Origin: an uncultured Galactobacillus sp.
GTDB taxonomy: Bacteria > Bacillota_I > Bacilli_A > Erysipelotrichales > Erysipelotrichaceae
Length of the DNA: 64,000 nucleotides
Direction: 5' to 3'
Assembly (NCBI GenBank): GCA_964535445.1
Contig: CAZHUX010000001.1
Location: forward strand, 12,406 to 76,405
Shown: positions 16,845 to 26,031 of the stretch, in pieces
How positions within the stretch are numbered: the first letter of the stretch is position 1
Layout: each line of letters begins with the position of its first letter
Made by a program: the position numbers and the translations under genes
The notes under the pieces: model-generated
What the model saw: the letters and a program-made list of their open reading frames with translations, nothing else
Databases searched by the model: none
What the model was told of the DNA's origin: nothing

Positions 16845-18008
16845 TTATCCAATCTCCACCGGATTTTCCGCTATGGAAGAACCGGTTGTCTCTTCAACTT
16901 CCGGGGTTAAGGCAGAAGTCGCAGAAGCATCCTTCTTAGGAAGCGTAGCCCCGACAAGCAGCGCAATAATCAGAGAAATGCAGGAAATCGCAATGACTCT
17001 TGTACGGATTGTAGAAGCATCCTTGATCTGGTTTCCATCACATGCCTTGTCAATTGCCGGTGTCAGCATATTCATCAGAAGAATTGAGAATAATACACCA
17101 TCCGGAATGGAAGCTCTCCATCTTAATACAAGTGTTAAGCATCCTGCCCCGATTGCGAAGATAAACTTGCCCGGAATTGTAACAGGTGTTGTGACCGGAT
17201 CCGTTAACATGAAGACAGCGCCAAACAGAACACCGCCGCCAAGTACATTGAATAATGCAAACTCAAGACCTGTACCATGACCAATACCGACAATCAGAGA
17301 AACAACAAAGACTGTCAGGATATATGTGCATGTTAAGCGCCAGTCAATGTCTTTTCTCCAGATCAGATAGATACCGCAGAGAATAATGACAAGTGCACAT
17401 GAACCGCCGATTACAGATGCATAGTTGCCCATGAACATATTGCCAAGACCACCAAAGCTCTGGACGACACTGTCAATAGCACTGGCATCTGCAGCCCAGC
17501 CGGTTGTGCCCATCTGGGTCATTGGAGTAGCACCAGATAAGACAACATCTGTGATATTGGAACTTGTTGCTTCAGAGAAGCTGTTCATGATGATAGCTTC
17601 CCCAAAGGCAGCCGGGTTAAAGATATTCTGTCCAAAACCGCCAAAGACAAGCTTACCGAATACAATGGCAATAACTGTAGACAATACAATGGCATAGTAA
17701 CTGACATCAATCTTTGTAATCAAGGCAATGATTAATGCTGTAATCCAGCCATAGGAATGTGTAACATCTTTCCAGATATTCTTGGATTTCATGATGGCAA
17801 AGAAAGCAGTCTCTGTTAACAAAGCAGAAACTACCGCAAAGGCAGCCATCAGAATCACTCTGGCAGCGTACATACCGCCGAAAGTAACTCCATGCCATAC
17901 AGCAGAATACGTTAATACAACAAGCAGACAGATTGTTACATCTCTCATGATGTCGGAAGTAGACTGCTTGGCACGATAGTTAGGAGAAGGTCTGAATGAG
18001 AATTTCAT
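16845..18008 (-). CDS. rnfD: Rnf complex subunit D
   Basis: It is a polytopic membrane protein with the RnfD/NqrB-like segment ...VLFGAVFMLTDPVTTP. It has a TAATG overlap with rnfC. Confidence 0.9.
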   Translation of the reverse strand: MKFSFRPSPNYRAKQSTSDIMRDVTICLLVVLTYSAVWHGVTFGGMYAARVILMAAFAVVSALLTETAFFAIMKSKNIWKDVTHSYGWITALIIALITKIDVSYYAIVLSTVIAIVFGKLVFGGFGQNIFNPAAFGEAIIMNSFSEATSSNITDVVLSGATPMTQMGTTGWAADASAIDSVVQSFGGLGNMFMGNYASVIGGSCALVIILCGIYLIWRKDIDWRLTCTYILTVFVVSLIVGIGHGTGLEFALFNVLGGGVLFGAVFMLTDPVTTPVTIPGKFIFAIGAGCLTLVLRWRASIPDGVLFSILLMNMLTPAIDKACDGNQIKDASTIRTRVIAISCISLIIALLVGATLPKKDASATSALTPEVEETTGSSIAENPVEIG

Positions 18009-19315
18009 TATTTCTTTCCTCCCTTCTGAGACTGCATGCGTACATAGTTCTTTGCCCTTCTGACGTTTTCAGTCACATCAATCTTTGAAGGACAGATATA
18101 TGTACATAAACCGCATTCAATGCAATCCATGACATGCAGCTTATTCAAAGTATCCAGATCACGTGTCTTGCCAAAGGCACTGATTCTTACCGGTTCAAGA
18201 CCAGCCGGGCATGTCTCTGTGCAGCGTCCGCAGCGTAAGCACTTGACCTCATCCTTTTCATAGTTCTTTAAAACAGTAAGACCGTTATTCTGCGGGGCAA
18301 TGACAAACTGATCGTTTGGAATTGTCTTACCCATCATCGGTCCGCCAGAAATCAGCAGAACATCATCAACACCATCGACGTAGCCGCCGCATGCTGCAAT
18401 GATTTCACATGCCTTAGTACCTACAGGGACATAGACATCCTGCGGATTCTTAACGGCATCACCTGATACAGTGACATACTTATGGGTAATCGGCATACCG
18501 TTTTCAATGGCATTTCCCAAAGCAATGGCCGTAGAAGCATTGTTCAGGATCATACCTGCTTCAATCGGCAGCTTGTCATAGCGCTTGCCGGTTAACTGGT
18601 AAACCAGTGTACGTTCCCAACCCATCGGATAGAGATCCGGTACTGTACGAACTTCAATCGGTGTACCCGCAAAAGTCTTCTGCAGATCCGCAATCTGATC
18701 CTTCTTGTCTTCCTTGATCGCAATGCATCCCTTCTTTGCCTTGGAAAGCTTGAAGAGTGCTAATGTACCGGTTTTCAGAAGACCGAGGTTTTCCTCAATG
18801 TTCTTATAGTCAGCTGTCAGATACGGTTCGCATTCAACCGCATTTACCGCAAACAGATCTACATTTTCCGGCTTCAGATATTTGACATATGTAGGGAAAC
18901 CAGCACCGCCAAGACCCAGCATGCCGGCATTCTTTACAAAGTCCAGAAGCTCTTCCCAGCTTGCTTTTTCATAGTCAAAAGCAGGAAATGCACGTTCTGT
19001 TGTATGTTTATGATCATTTTCGATCTTCAGGTGATCAGCCTGTGTCATTGAAGAAGTCATGAACTTTTCAATGGCTGTAACCTTTCCGGAAACCGGAGAG
19101 AACAGCGGCAGATAGAAGTGATCGTTTCTTTCTGCAATCTTTGTACCGACCTTTACTTCATCACCAACCTTGACACACGGTGTACATGGGGCATTACCGT
19201 TGACAAGCGGAACCCAGACAGTATCCGGATCAATAGACTTCAGCACTGGTTTGTGTATCGTCAGATCCTTATGACCGTCAAGATGATGATGCATAGGCCC
19301 ATTTAACAATGACAT
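18008..19315 (-). CDS. rnfC: Rnf complex subunit C (NADH-binding, 2x[4Fe-4S])
   Basis: It has GLGGAGFPT, plus CLRCGRCTETCP and CIECGLCTYICP ferredoxin motifs. The start was chosen at ATG 19315 (MSLLNG); the track start at 19345 is a TTG. Confidence 0.9.
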   Translation of the reverse strand: MSLLNGPMHHHLDGHKDLTIHKPVLKSIDPDTVWVPLVNGNAPCTPCVKVGDEVKVGTKIAERNDHFYLPLFSPVSGKVTAIEKFMTSSMTQADHLKIENDHKHTTERAFPAFDYEKASWEELLDFVKNAGMLGLGGAGFPTYVKYLKPENVDLFAVNAVECEPYLTADYKNIEENLGLLKTGTLALFKLSKAKKGCIAIKEDKKDQIADLQKTFAGTPIEVRTVPDLYPMGWERTLVYQLTGKRYDKLPIEAGMILNNASTAIALGNAIENGMPITHKYVTVSGDAVKNPQDVYVPVGTKACEIIAACGGYVDGVDDVLLISGGPMMGKTIPNDQFVIAPQNNGLTVLKNYEKDEVKCLRCGRCTETCPAGLEPVRISAFGKTRDLDTLNKLHVMDCIECGLCTYICPSKIDVTENVRRAKNYVRMQSQKGGKK

Positions 19316-19482
19316 ATGGTCTTTACTCCTCCCATCAAAACACAAAGATTATAACATTGTTTTCACATAATCAAGCATCAAAGCACGGGTTTTAAATGAC
19401 TTATCAGGATATCTGTCTAAATCGATTTATAGAATTATCAAAGTGTTAGGAAAACTTGTAAATCCGTGCTATCATCTCATGG

Positions 19483-20610
19483 ATGAAAAAATATAAATTA
19501 CTTATTGCAGGCTTATGTGCTGCTTTAGTCAGCGGCTGCAGCAGCACTGCTTCTTCTGATACAAAAGAGGATACCTATACGGCGCAATCCACCGAGACTG
19601 TGTTTGATACAGTCTATGCATTCAGTGAAACAAATTCTGATGAAGATGCTTCAAAGAAACATTTTGAAGACAGCGAAAAACTGCTTGAGAAATACAATCA
19701 GCTTTTTGATATCTATAACAATTATGATGGTTTGAATAACCTTAAAACAGTCAATGACAATGCCGGAAAACAGCCGGTTAAGGTTGATCAGTCCATTATT
19801 GATATGCTGAATCTGGCGAAGAAGTTCTATGACTACTCAGATGGTGAATTTGATATCACAATCGGTTCCTTATTAAATGTATGGCACAACTATCGGGAAG
19901 AAGGCATCAAGTTAAATGAGTCTGGTGCCAAAGGAAATCTTCCTAGTGATGAGGAACTGCAGGAAGCTTCCGTTCATAAGGGATGGGATAAGATCGTCAT
20001 TGATGATGATGCGGATACCGTCTATATCACAGACCCGGATGTTTCCATTGATGTCGGTGGTATTGCCAAAGGTTATGCGGCTGAACTGACCGCTCGACAG
20101 ATGGAAAAAGAAGGCATGAAATCGGGTTATCTCAATGTCGGTCGTAATATACGTCTGGTTGGTAAGAAAGCAGATGGAACAGACTGGCGTATTGGAGTTG
20201 CAGATCCTAAGGGTGAAAAAGCCTCCGGTCTTGTCACAATTGATGAGAAAGATCCTGTATCGGTCGTTACGTCTGGCGACTATGAGAGATATTATGTTGC
20301 CTCTGATGGCAAGACATATTCTCATATCATTGATCCGTCTACTTTATATCCGGCTGTTCTGTATCACAGTGTTACGATCATCACACCGGATTCTGCGGCC
20401 GCAGATTGTCTCTCTACCACCCTCTTTACAATGAGTGTAGAAGAAGGCAAACAGGTATTAAAAGCTTATGAAGAAGATACCGGAAGCGATGTCCAGGCAG
20501 TATGGGTGATGGATCCTGATAAGACTCAGGATGAAGATGGCAAAGAATCCGGTGATTATTTCATTACTTATACAGATGGTCTGAAGAACAATCTTACCTT
20601 TAATCAATAA
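19483..20610 (+). CDS. apbE: FAD:protein FMN transferase (ApbE) lipoprotein
   Basis: It has a lipobox (LVSGCSS) and DVGGIAKGYAAE...SHIIDP, an ApbE signature. It is divergent from rnfC, which fits flavinylation of RnfG/RnfD. Confidence 0.85.
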   Translation: MKKYKLLIAGLCAALVSGCSSTASSDTKEDTYTAQSTETVFDTVYAFSETNSDEDASKKHFEDSEKLLEKYNQLFDIYNNYDGLNNLKTVNDNAGKQPVKVDQSIIDMLNLAKKFYDYSDGEFDITIGSLLNVWHNYREEGIKLNESGAKGNLPSDEELQEASVHKGWDKIVIDDDADTVYITDPDVSIDVGGIAKGYAAELTARQMEKEGMKSGYLNVGRNIRLVGKKADGTDWRIGVADPKGEKASGLVTIDEKDPVSVVTSGDYERYYVASDGKTYSHIIDPSTLYPAVLYHSVTIITPDSAAADCLSTTLFTMSVEEGKQVLKAYEEDTGSDVQAVWVMDPDKTQDEDGKESGDYFITYTDGLKNNLTFNQ

Positions 20611-20614
20611 GGAC

Positions 20615-20647
20615 AAAAAAGGAACCACTTGATGTGATTCCTTTTTT
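20615..20647. terminator. Bidirectional terminator between apbE and the MATE gene
   Basis: AAAAAAGGAACCAC-TTGAT-GTGATTCCTTTTTT forms a hairpin flanked by an A-run and a T-run. Confidence 0.7.
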
Positions 20648-20648
20648 A

Positions 20649-22013
20649 TTAAGCTTCTTTTGTATCGGCAGGCAGATGTTTGAAAAACCGTACAAGAAAT
20701 GGAATGGTAATCAATGCCGATATTGTTTCAGAACAGGATTGTGCCATCTGTAATCCCTGTAAACCGGCTATGGCAGTTAATATCAGTACACATGGGATTA
20801 AGACCAGTCCGCTGCGCAATGTCGCAAGGAATGTAGCTTCTCCGCTTTTCCCGATGGATTGAAACAGCATGTTTCCAAACATTGTTATCGGCATCAATAT
20901 CAGGGAGATAGACTGCCACCGCATCGCAGCAGCGCCTATTTCCGTTACCTCCGGATCATCACGGAAGAAGCGTACAAATGGTTCTGCATTGATAAAGGAT
21001 ACTACTGCTAAAGCAGCCATGATGATAGTTCCTGCCTTTAAGGCAAAGAAGAAACCATCTTTGACGCGACTGTACTTACCAGCACCATAGTTGAAGGCGG
21101 AAACAGGCTGGAAACCCTGTCCGATGCCTACCGCAATGCAGAAGAGGAAATTTACGATTCTTGTCACAATCGATATGGCTGCGACAGCCGCATCACCATA
21201 GACAGCCGCATTACTGTTAAGAACCATAGTAGATACAGAGTTTAATCCCTGTCTTGCCAGAGACGGGAAACCGGTTGATATGATATCGGTAAATACTTTT
21301 CTTCTTTTTGTAAAGTACTTCAGATTAAAGCGGGATTGTGTTTCTCCCTTCAGATAAGGAATCATCAGGATTACCATGGATACATATTGTGATACGGTTG
21401 TACTTAAACCGGCACCACCAATACCCATATGGAAAATACGGACTAAAACATAGTCTCCAAATATATTCAGAATACCTCCGGCTGTAAGACCAATCATGGC
21501 ATAGAAGGCTTTGCCTTCATAGCGCATGATGTTATTCAGTACGCAGCTGGATGTCATTGCCGGTCCGGCAATGAGTATAAAGAAGGCATACGTTCTTGCA
21601 TAAGGAAGAATCGTATCGGTACTTCCTAATAGTCTCATTAACGGATCCATGAATAGTAATCCAAGTAAAAGTACGGCAAGCCCGGCAATGATAGAAGACC
21701 AGAATGATGTACTGCAGTATTCTCTGGCCGCATCTACATTCTTCTTTCCTAATTGACGGGCTATGTTAGAGCCTGCCCCATGACCGAACATAAAGCCAAA
21801 TGCCTGTAATATAGCCATTAAGCCAAAGACAATACCAGTTGCTCCGCTGGCTGCGGTACTGATTGTCCCTACAAAGTAGGTATCTGCCATGTTATAGATA
21901 TTTGTGACAAGCATGGAAATGACAGTAGGAATGGCAAGCGTAATGATCAGCTTTCCTACGGGGGTCCCTGTCATCTTCTGATACTGTTTTTCTTCTTCTG
22001 TATTGTTTTCCAT
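20649..22013 (-). CDS. MATE family efflux transporter
   Basis: It has 12 predicted hydrophobic segments and the N-terminal segment ...PTVISMLVTNIYNMADTYFVG typical of MATE. Confidence 0.8.
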   Translation of the reverse strand: MENNTEEEKQYQKMTGTPVGKLIITLAIPTVISMLVTNIYNMADTYFVGTISTAASGATGIVFGLMAILQAFGFMFGHGAGSNIARQLGKKNVDAAREYCSTSFWSSIIAGLAVLLLGLLFMDPLMRLLGSTDTILPYARTYAFFILIAGPAMTSSCVLNNIMRYEGKAFYAMIGLTAGGILNIFGDYVLVRIFHMGIGGAGLSTTVSQYVSMVILMIPYLKGETQSRFNLKYFTKRRKVFTDIISTGFPSLARQGLNSVSTMVLNSNAAVYGDAAVAAISIVTRIVNFLFCIAVGIGQGFQPVSAFNYGAGKYSRVKDGFFFALKAGTIIMAALAVVSFINAEPFVRFFRDDPEVTEIGAAAMRWQSISLILMPITMFGNMLFQSIGKSGEATFLATLRSGLVLIPCVLILTAIAGLQGLQMAQSCSETISALITIPFLVRFFKHLPADTKEA

Positions 22014-22032
22014 GCAATGTATTATACATCTT

Positions 22033-22062
22033 AAAAAAAGGTCTGCAGATTAACCTGCAGAT
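22033..22062 (-). terminator. Terminator after the DUF362 gene
   Basis: On the minus strand, TCTGCAG-GTTAAT-CTGCAGA forms a hairpin followed by CCTTTTTTT. Confidence 0.65.
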
Positions 22063-22068
22063 CTCTTG

Positions 22069-23082
22069 TTAACGGGTGATAACTTTTGGATTTACAAACG
22101 GTACGACATCCTTCACGGCTTCTTTGGCATCGATGCGTACTTCATCATTGTCAAGATCAATTAAGACATACTTTCTGTTTCCCATGCCAAGTTCCTGCAT
22201 GTAGGATAACTGTCTTAAACCATGTCTTGTCTCCATTCTTTCGACCAGATCATGATGATCAGATTCTTTCATGGCATAGATCATATCTACTGATGCCTGA
22301 TCAATGGCACAGATATCCAGGGAGGCAAGAATTCCGACATTCGGGGTTACTACCGGTGCAGCCGCAACGCCTTCACAATCACAGGATACTGACATATTTC
22401 TCATGACATTGATAAAGGAAATATGCTTGCCGAAATGATCGACTGTTGCCTTGGCGGATTCGGTGAATCTCTCCATGAATTCTTCCTTGTTGATATCCCA
22501 CATATCTGGTGAACCAGGGGTTGTATGAATCTCTTTCTTGCCGATTCTTCCATCCGCACAACCGATACCGATGTTCTTGTTTGAACCACCGAAACCACCT
22601 TGTGTATGACCCTTGAAATGGGTTAATACAAGCATGGAATCATAATTCAGTTCATGAGATCCGACATGCATTTCCTTAAACCACTTGCCGTTTTTCACAG
22701 GTAAAGTGACTACACCATCTTCATCCATGATATCAACCGGGCAGAAGGTCCAGCCATTGACTTCGAGAGTTTCACGATGCTGTTTGGTTGTATAACGATC
22801 ACCTTCATAATAGGTGTTTGTTTCTACAATTGTGCCATTTGGAATATCATTTTCGATTAACTGCTTAACCCAGGGTCTAGGCAGAATGTTAGGACCATGT
22901 TTTTCACCTGTATGAAGCTTGATGGCTACTTTACCGATAAGATTGCTGTTGATCTTCTGATAAGCCTTTTCTAATCCCTGTGCGGATAAATCTCTTGTAA
23001 AGTAAACGATAGACTCATTACCAGTGCGTTCATTGTATGGTACATACTTATCGCCATCTGTACCAGGCTTGATTGTTGTCAT
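22069..23082 (-). CDS. DUF362-domain protein
   Basis: The overall pattern (...VAIKLHTGE..., ...VLTHFKGH..GGFGGSNKNIGIGC..., ...ICAIDQASVDMI) matches DUF362 as I remember it. This has not been checked by a search. Confidence 0.5.
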   Translation of the reverse strand: MTTIKPGTDGDKYVPYNERTGNESIVYFTRDLSAQGLEKAYQKINSNLIGKVAIKLHTGEKHGPNILPRPWVKQLIENDIPNGTIVETNTYYEGDRYTTKQHRETLEVNGWTFCPVDIMDEDGVVTLPVKNGKWFKEMHVGSHELNYDSMLVLTHFKGHTQGGFGGSNKNIGIGCADGRIGKKEIHTTPGSPDMWDINKEEFMERFTESAKATVDHFGKHISFINVMRNMSVSCDCEGVAAAPVVTPNVGILASLDICAIDQASVDMIYAMKESDHHDLVERMETRHGLRQLSYMQELGMGNRKYVLIDLDNDEVRIDAKEAVKDVVPFVNPKVITR

Positions 23083-23087
23083 ATTCT

Positions 23088-23582
23088 TTATTTTCCTTTC
23101 TTTGTAACAATATACTCCAGTAAATCCTTATCAAAAGACGGATCCGGACGTCTGTTTCCGGTCATTTCAAATCCGGCATTGGAATACAGCATGCGCTTAT
23201 GCAGATCCTGTTCATTCACCCAGGCCCGCATGACTTCTGCGTCCTTTTCTGCAAGTGTCTCAGCAGCCGCCTGAGAAAGTGCCTGTCCTACACCGGCATT
23301 ATGGAACAATGGATCTACATACAGAGAATCCAGTTCCAGTTCCTTTCCATTCTGGGTCATATATAAAACACCTTTGATAATACCGTCATCATATACACGG
23401 ATTCCTTTTAATGCGCCCTTATCATTCTGATAATGCAGAGCTAAAGGAAGTACCTGGAAAGAGTTAAACTTTGCCGGATCATCATACAGTCTTTCATGAA
23501 TAACCTCATGACTGTAGGAAACAATAATCTCAGCTATTCTTGAAGCATCCTGTACTTCTGCTTTTCTTACATATTCTGCCAT
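23088..23582 (-). CDS. GNAT family N-acetyltransferase
   Basis: LYVDPLFHNAGVGQALS matches the acetyl-CoA binding motif. The size (164 aa) also fits. Confidence 0.75.
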   Translation of the reverse strand: MAEYVRKAEVQDASRIAEIIVSYSHEVIHERLYDDPAKFNSFQVLPLALHYQNDKGALKGIRVYDDGIIKGVLYMTQNGKELELDSLYVDPLFHNAGVGQALSQAAAETLAEKDAEVMRAWVNEQDLHKRMLYSNAGFEMTGNRRPDPSFDKDLLEYIVTKKGK

Positions 23583-23629
23583 AAACCATATGCCTGCTTT
23601 CTTACCTATATTGTATTACGAAATAACGA

Positions 23630-24940
23630 TTATTCTTCTTCAAATCCCTGAATAACAACCGGTTTTTTCTTCAGCATCTCAAGCTGTTCTTCGCTGAAAT
23701 TCTTCTTATTGATGACAGCTTCATATACATAGTCCCTGAAATAAGCTTCTGAACATACATAATACCCGTCTCTGCCATTTTCCTTACCCCAGGAATTCTC
23801 TATTTTCCATCTGTCGGGCTTATGATTTTCATCAAAGTTCACACCTGTCAGTAACATGGCATGCGTAGCTGCCGAACTTCTTAATTCCAGTCTGTCTTTC
23901 TTAGGCATGGTAAGATCCACGCCGCCAAGCAGACCACCATATTCAAAGGAATCCGGATCCCATACACCTTCTTTTCTTGCCCCATATGCACCGGCATCAC
24001 ATGTAAACCAGCATGGTTCACCATCTTCCAGCTGTCTGATGCACAGATCTTCCAGTGCCTGCTGACTTACATTCAGAGCATATAAATCATGATCTGCCAT
24101 GTTTCCGATGGAATGGAATACAACCGGAGTATCCATCTTCTTGTTATCCGTAGGCTCATTAATGACCGGAATATAGTCATCAAGGGTCATGCCGATATAC
24201 TTTTCATAGAATGACACCGGATCAAGATTTCGGTCAATATGATATTCATTTTTTTCATCTCTGTAGGCAAAATCAAATGTCTGTACAGGCTCGCCAAAGG
24301 CAATGCATTCTGCCTTGTATACTTCCGCAAGCATTTCTTCCTTGCGCTTCTGTACATCCTCACCATTATGAATCATCTGCCTTAATTCCATGGCATCTTT
24401 CTTCAGAAGTCTGTTAATCAGAGTCAGAAATTCATCAGTATGATCAGACTGGTATGTCTCCGGATCTGCACTCTTTGGAACAGCACCATACTTTTTAATC
24501 AGATCAACTGCCATGCCCCAGAATCCGCCGTCATCAACACCTCTTAAGATATACTGCATCATCTGATCATTAACCGGCTTATCCGCATTGGCAATGATCA
24601 TTTCCAGGAAATTATTTGCTTTTTCAAGCTTGTCATAGAAAGTAATGTAATTCTGGGATAATTCAAATTCCTTTAAATGCAGTTTTTCTGCGACAGTTTC
24701 TCTCATGATATTGAGGCAGGCAAACATCCAGCATCTTCCTGACTTCTGCTGGGCGGTGATGCCTCTTGTCTTGAGATCAATGCTGAAAGCTCCATTGAGC
24801 TTTGCGGCATTGCCTGGTACATAGGCAAGATTCTTTAATTCTGTCTTTGCGGCTGCGGCACTTAATACATGGGCATGTATATCCTTATCATAGGCATCAC
24901 GAAAAGATGCGATTGATTCTTTACTTAATCCATTCATCAT
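23630..24940 (-). CDS. pepC: Aminopeptidase C (C1-family, bleomycin hydrolase-like)
   Basis: QKSGRCWMFACLN contains the catalytic Cys context, and the C-terminal segment is ...WKIENSWG. It has an ATGA overlap with the S1-domain gene. Confidence 0.85.
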   Translation of the reverse strand: MMNGLSKESIASFRDAYDKDIHAHVLSAAAAKTELKNLAYVPGNAAKLNGAFSIDLKTRGITAQQKSGRCWMFACLNIMRETVAEKLHLKEFELSQNYITFYDKLEKANNFLEMIIANADKPVNDQMMQYILRGVDDGGFWGMAVDLIKKYGAVPKSADPETYQSDHTDEFLTLINRLLKKDAMELRQMIHNGEDVQKRKEEMLAEVYKAECIAFGEPVQTFDFAYRDEKNEYHIDRNLDPVSFYEKYIGMTLDDYIPVINEPTDNKKMDTPVVFHSIGNMADHDLYALNVSQQALEDLCIRQLEDGEPCWFTCDAGAYGARKEGVWDPDSFEYGGLLGGVDLTMPKKDRLELRSSAATHAMLLTGVNFDENHKPDRWKIENSWGKENGRDGYYVCSEAYFRDYVYEAVINKKNFSEEQLEMLKKKPVVIQGFEEE

Positions 24941-25311
24941 TTATCCTCCAGTATATTCTTTTCTGCTTCACGAACCCACTCATCCATATGTTCCTCAATC
25001 GAGTGAAATCCGATCTTCATAGGTGGTAAAGAAGCCTTCTGATGAGCCGGCTGTCTGGTACGGTTTCTTCCAGGCTTCTGTAATGCTTTTAAAGAAAGTC
25101 TTGCCTGATGGGTTTTAGGATCAAAGTCAATGATCTTGACTCTTACTTTTTCCCCTACCGTTACATAGCGTGCTATATTCTTAACATATCCATCACTGAT
25201 TTCGGAAATATGAATCAGGCCGCTGGTATTTCTGTCTAATGCCACAAAGGCACCATACGGCTGAATTCCTGTCACTTTTCCTTCGACAATCATGCCTGTT
25301 TTATATTTCAT
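24937..25311 (-). CDS. S1 RNA-binding domain protein (YugI/CvfD-like)
   Basis: GMIVEGKVTGIQPYGAFVALDRNTSGLIHISEISDGYV is a canonical S1 fold sequence. Confidence 0.8.
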   Translation of the reverse strand: MKYKTGMIVEGKVTGIQPYGAFVALDRNTSGLIHISEISDGYVKNIARYVTVGEKVRVKIIDFDPKTHQARLSLKALQKPGRNRTRQPAHQKASLPPMKIGFHSIEEHMDEWVREAEKNILEDK

Positions 25312-25413
25312 ATCTATACACTTCCGCCCAAGAGTATATCATGGATCGGGCATAACAGTTGAACCATCACGAATCATCTTTTATATTTACTCCTGTAACA
25401 AGAGGTGTATAGC

Positions 25414-25830
25414 ATGACTAGAGAAGATGAAGAAAAAAGAATCAATGAACAGATTGAAGAAAATATGAAGGGACATGAGATCCCGGCTCCGGAAGTTCCG
25501 AAGAAAGAACCAAAGCCTCAGCAGGAAACTGCACCTGAAGAACTGCTCAATGCAGAAACACCACAGCGTCAGGATCTTATCAACAGAATCAATCATACAT
25601 TAAACAAGATCAGACCATATATCCAGGCTGATGGCGGTGATGTTCAGTTTGAGGATTATAAAGATGGTGTTGTCACGGTATCCATGCTTGGCGCATGTGC
25701 AGGATGCTTTATGGCCAGTGCGGATATTACGGAAGGAATTCAGGCAATTCTGATTGATGAAGTGCCGGAAGTAAAATCTGTAAAGATGCTTGAAAGTTCT
25801 CCTTGGGGACCTCAGGCAATGAATTTCTGA
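25414..25830 (+). CDS. NifU C-terminal-domain (Nfu-type) Fe-S scaffold protein with an acidic/Pro-rich N-terminal extension
   Basis: It contains IRPYIQADGGDVQFEDYKDGVVTVSMLGACAGC. AAGAGGTG lies upstream of ATG 25414, whereas the track start at 25405 is a GTG inside the RBS. Confidence 0.8.
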   Translation: MTREDEEKRINEQIEENMKGHEIPAPEVPKKEPKPQQETAPEELLNAETPQRQDLINRINHTLNKIRPYIQADGGDVQFEDYKDGVVTVSMLGACAGCFMASADITEGIQAILIDEVPEVKSVKMLESSPWGPQAMNF

Positions 25831-25838
25831 AATAACAG

Positions 25839-25858
25839 GCAGACATATGTCTGCTTTT
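25839..25858 (+). terminator. Terminator after the nifU-like gene
   Basis: GCAGACATATGTCTGC is a perfect palindromic hairpin followed by TTTT. Confidence 0.75.
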
Positions 25859-26031
25859 ATTATGCATTTTTCATGGTTTTCTTTATAAATCTGAATATTT
25901 TGATAATTTCCTGAAATTTTTTTCTGATTTTTGAATTATTTTTCTGTTTTTAATGAATTTTCTCATTTTTGTCGTTGACCATGTCAGAATATCGTTTTAC
26001 GCTTTTTCCATAAAAAAGGAGATTTAACAAT

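Noticed and set aside
19440-19485. apbE might be expressed from a leaderless mRNA (TATCAT lies 7 nt before the ATG with no SD). The same may apply to the MATE gene at 22013 (TATAAT 7 nt before its ATG).
   Set aside because: The evidence is a single -10-like hexamer in AT-rich DNA, and alternative promoters and starts are possible. This needs 5'-end mapping before it can be claimed.
25982-26001. TGTCAGAATATCGTTTTACG upstream of glnN might be a GlnR/TnrA box.
   Set aside because: It does not fit TGTNAN7TNACA. The right half-site is TTACG at the wrong spacing.
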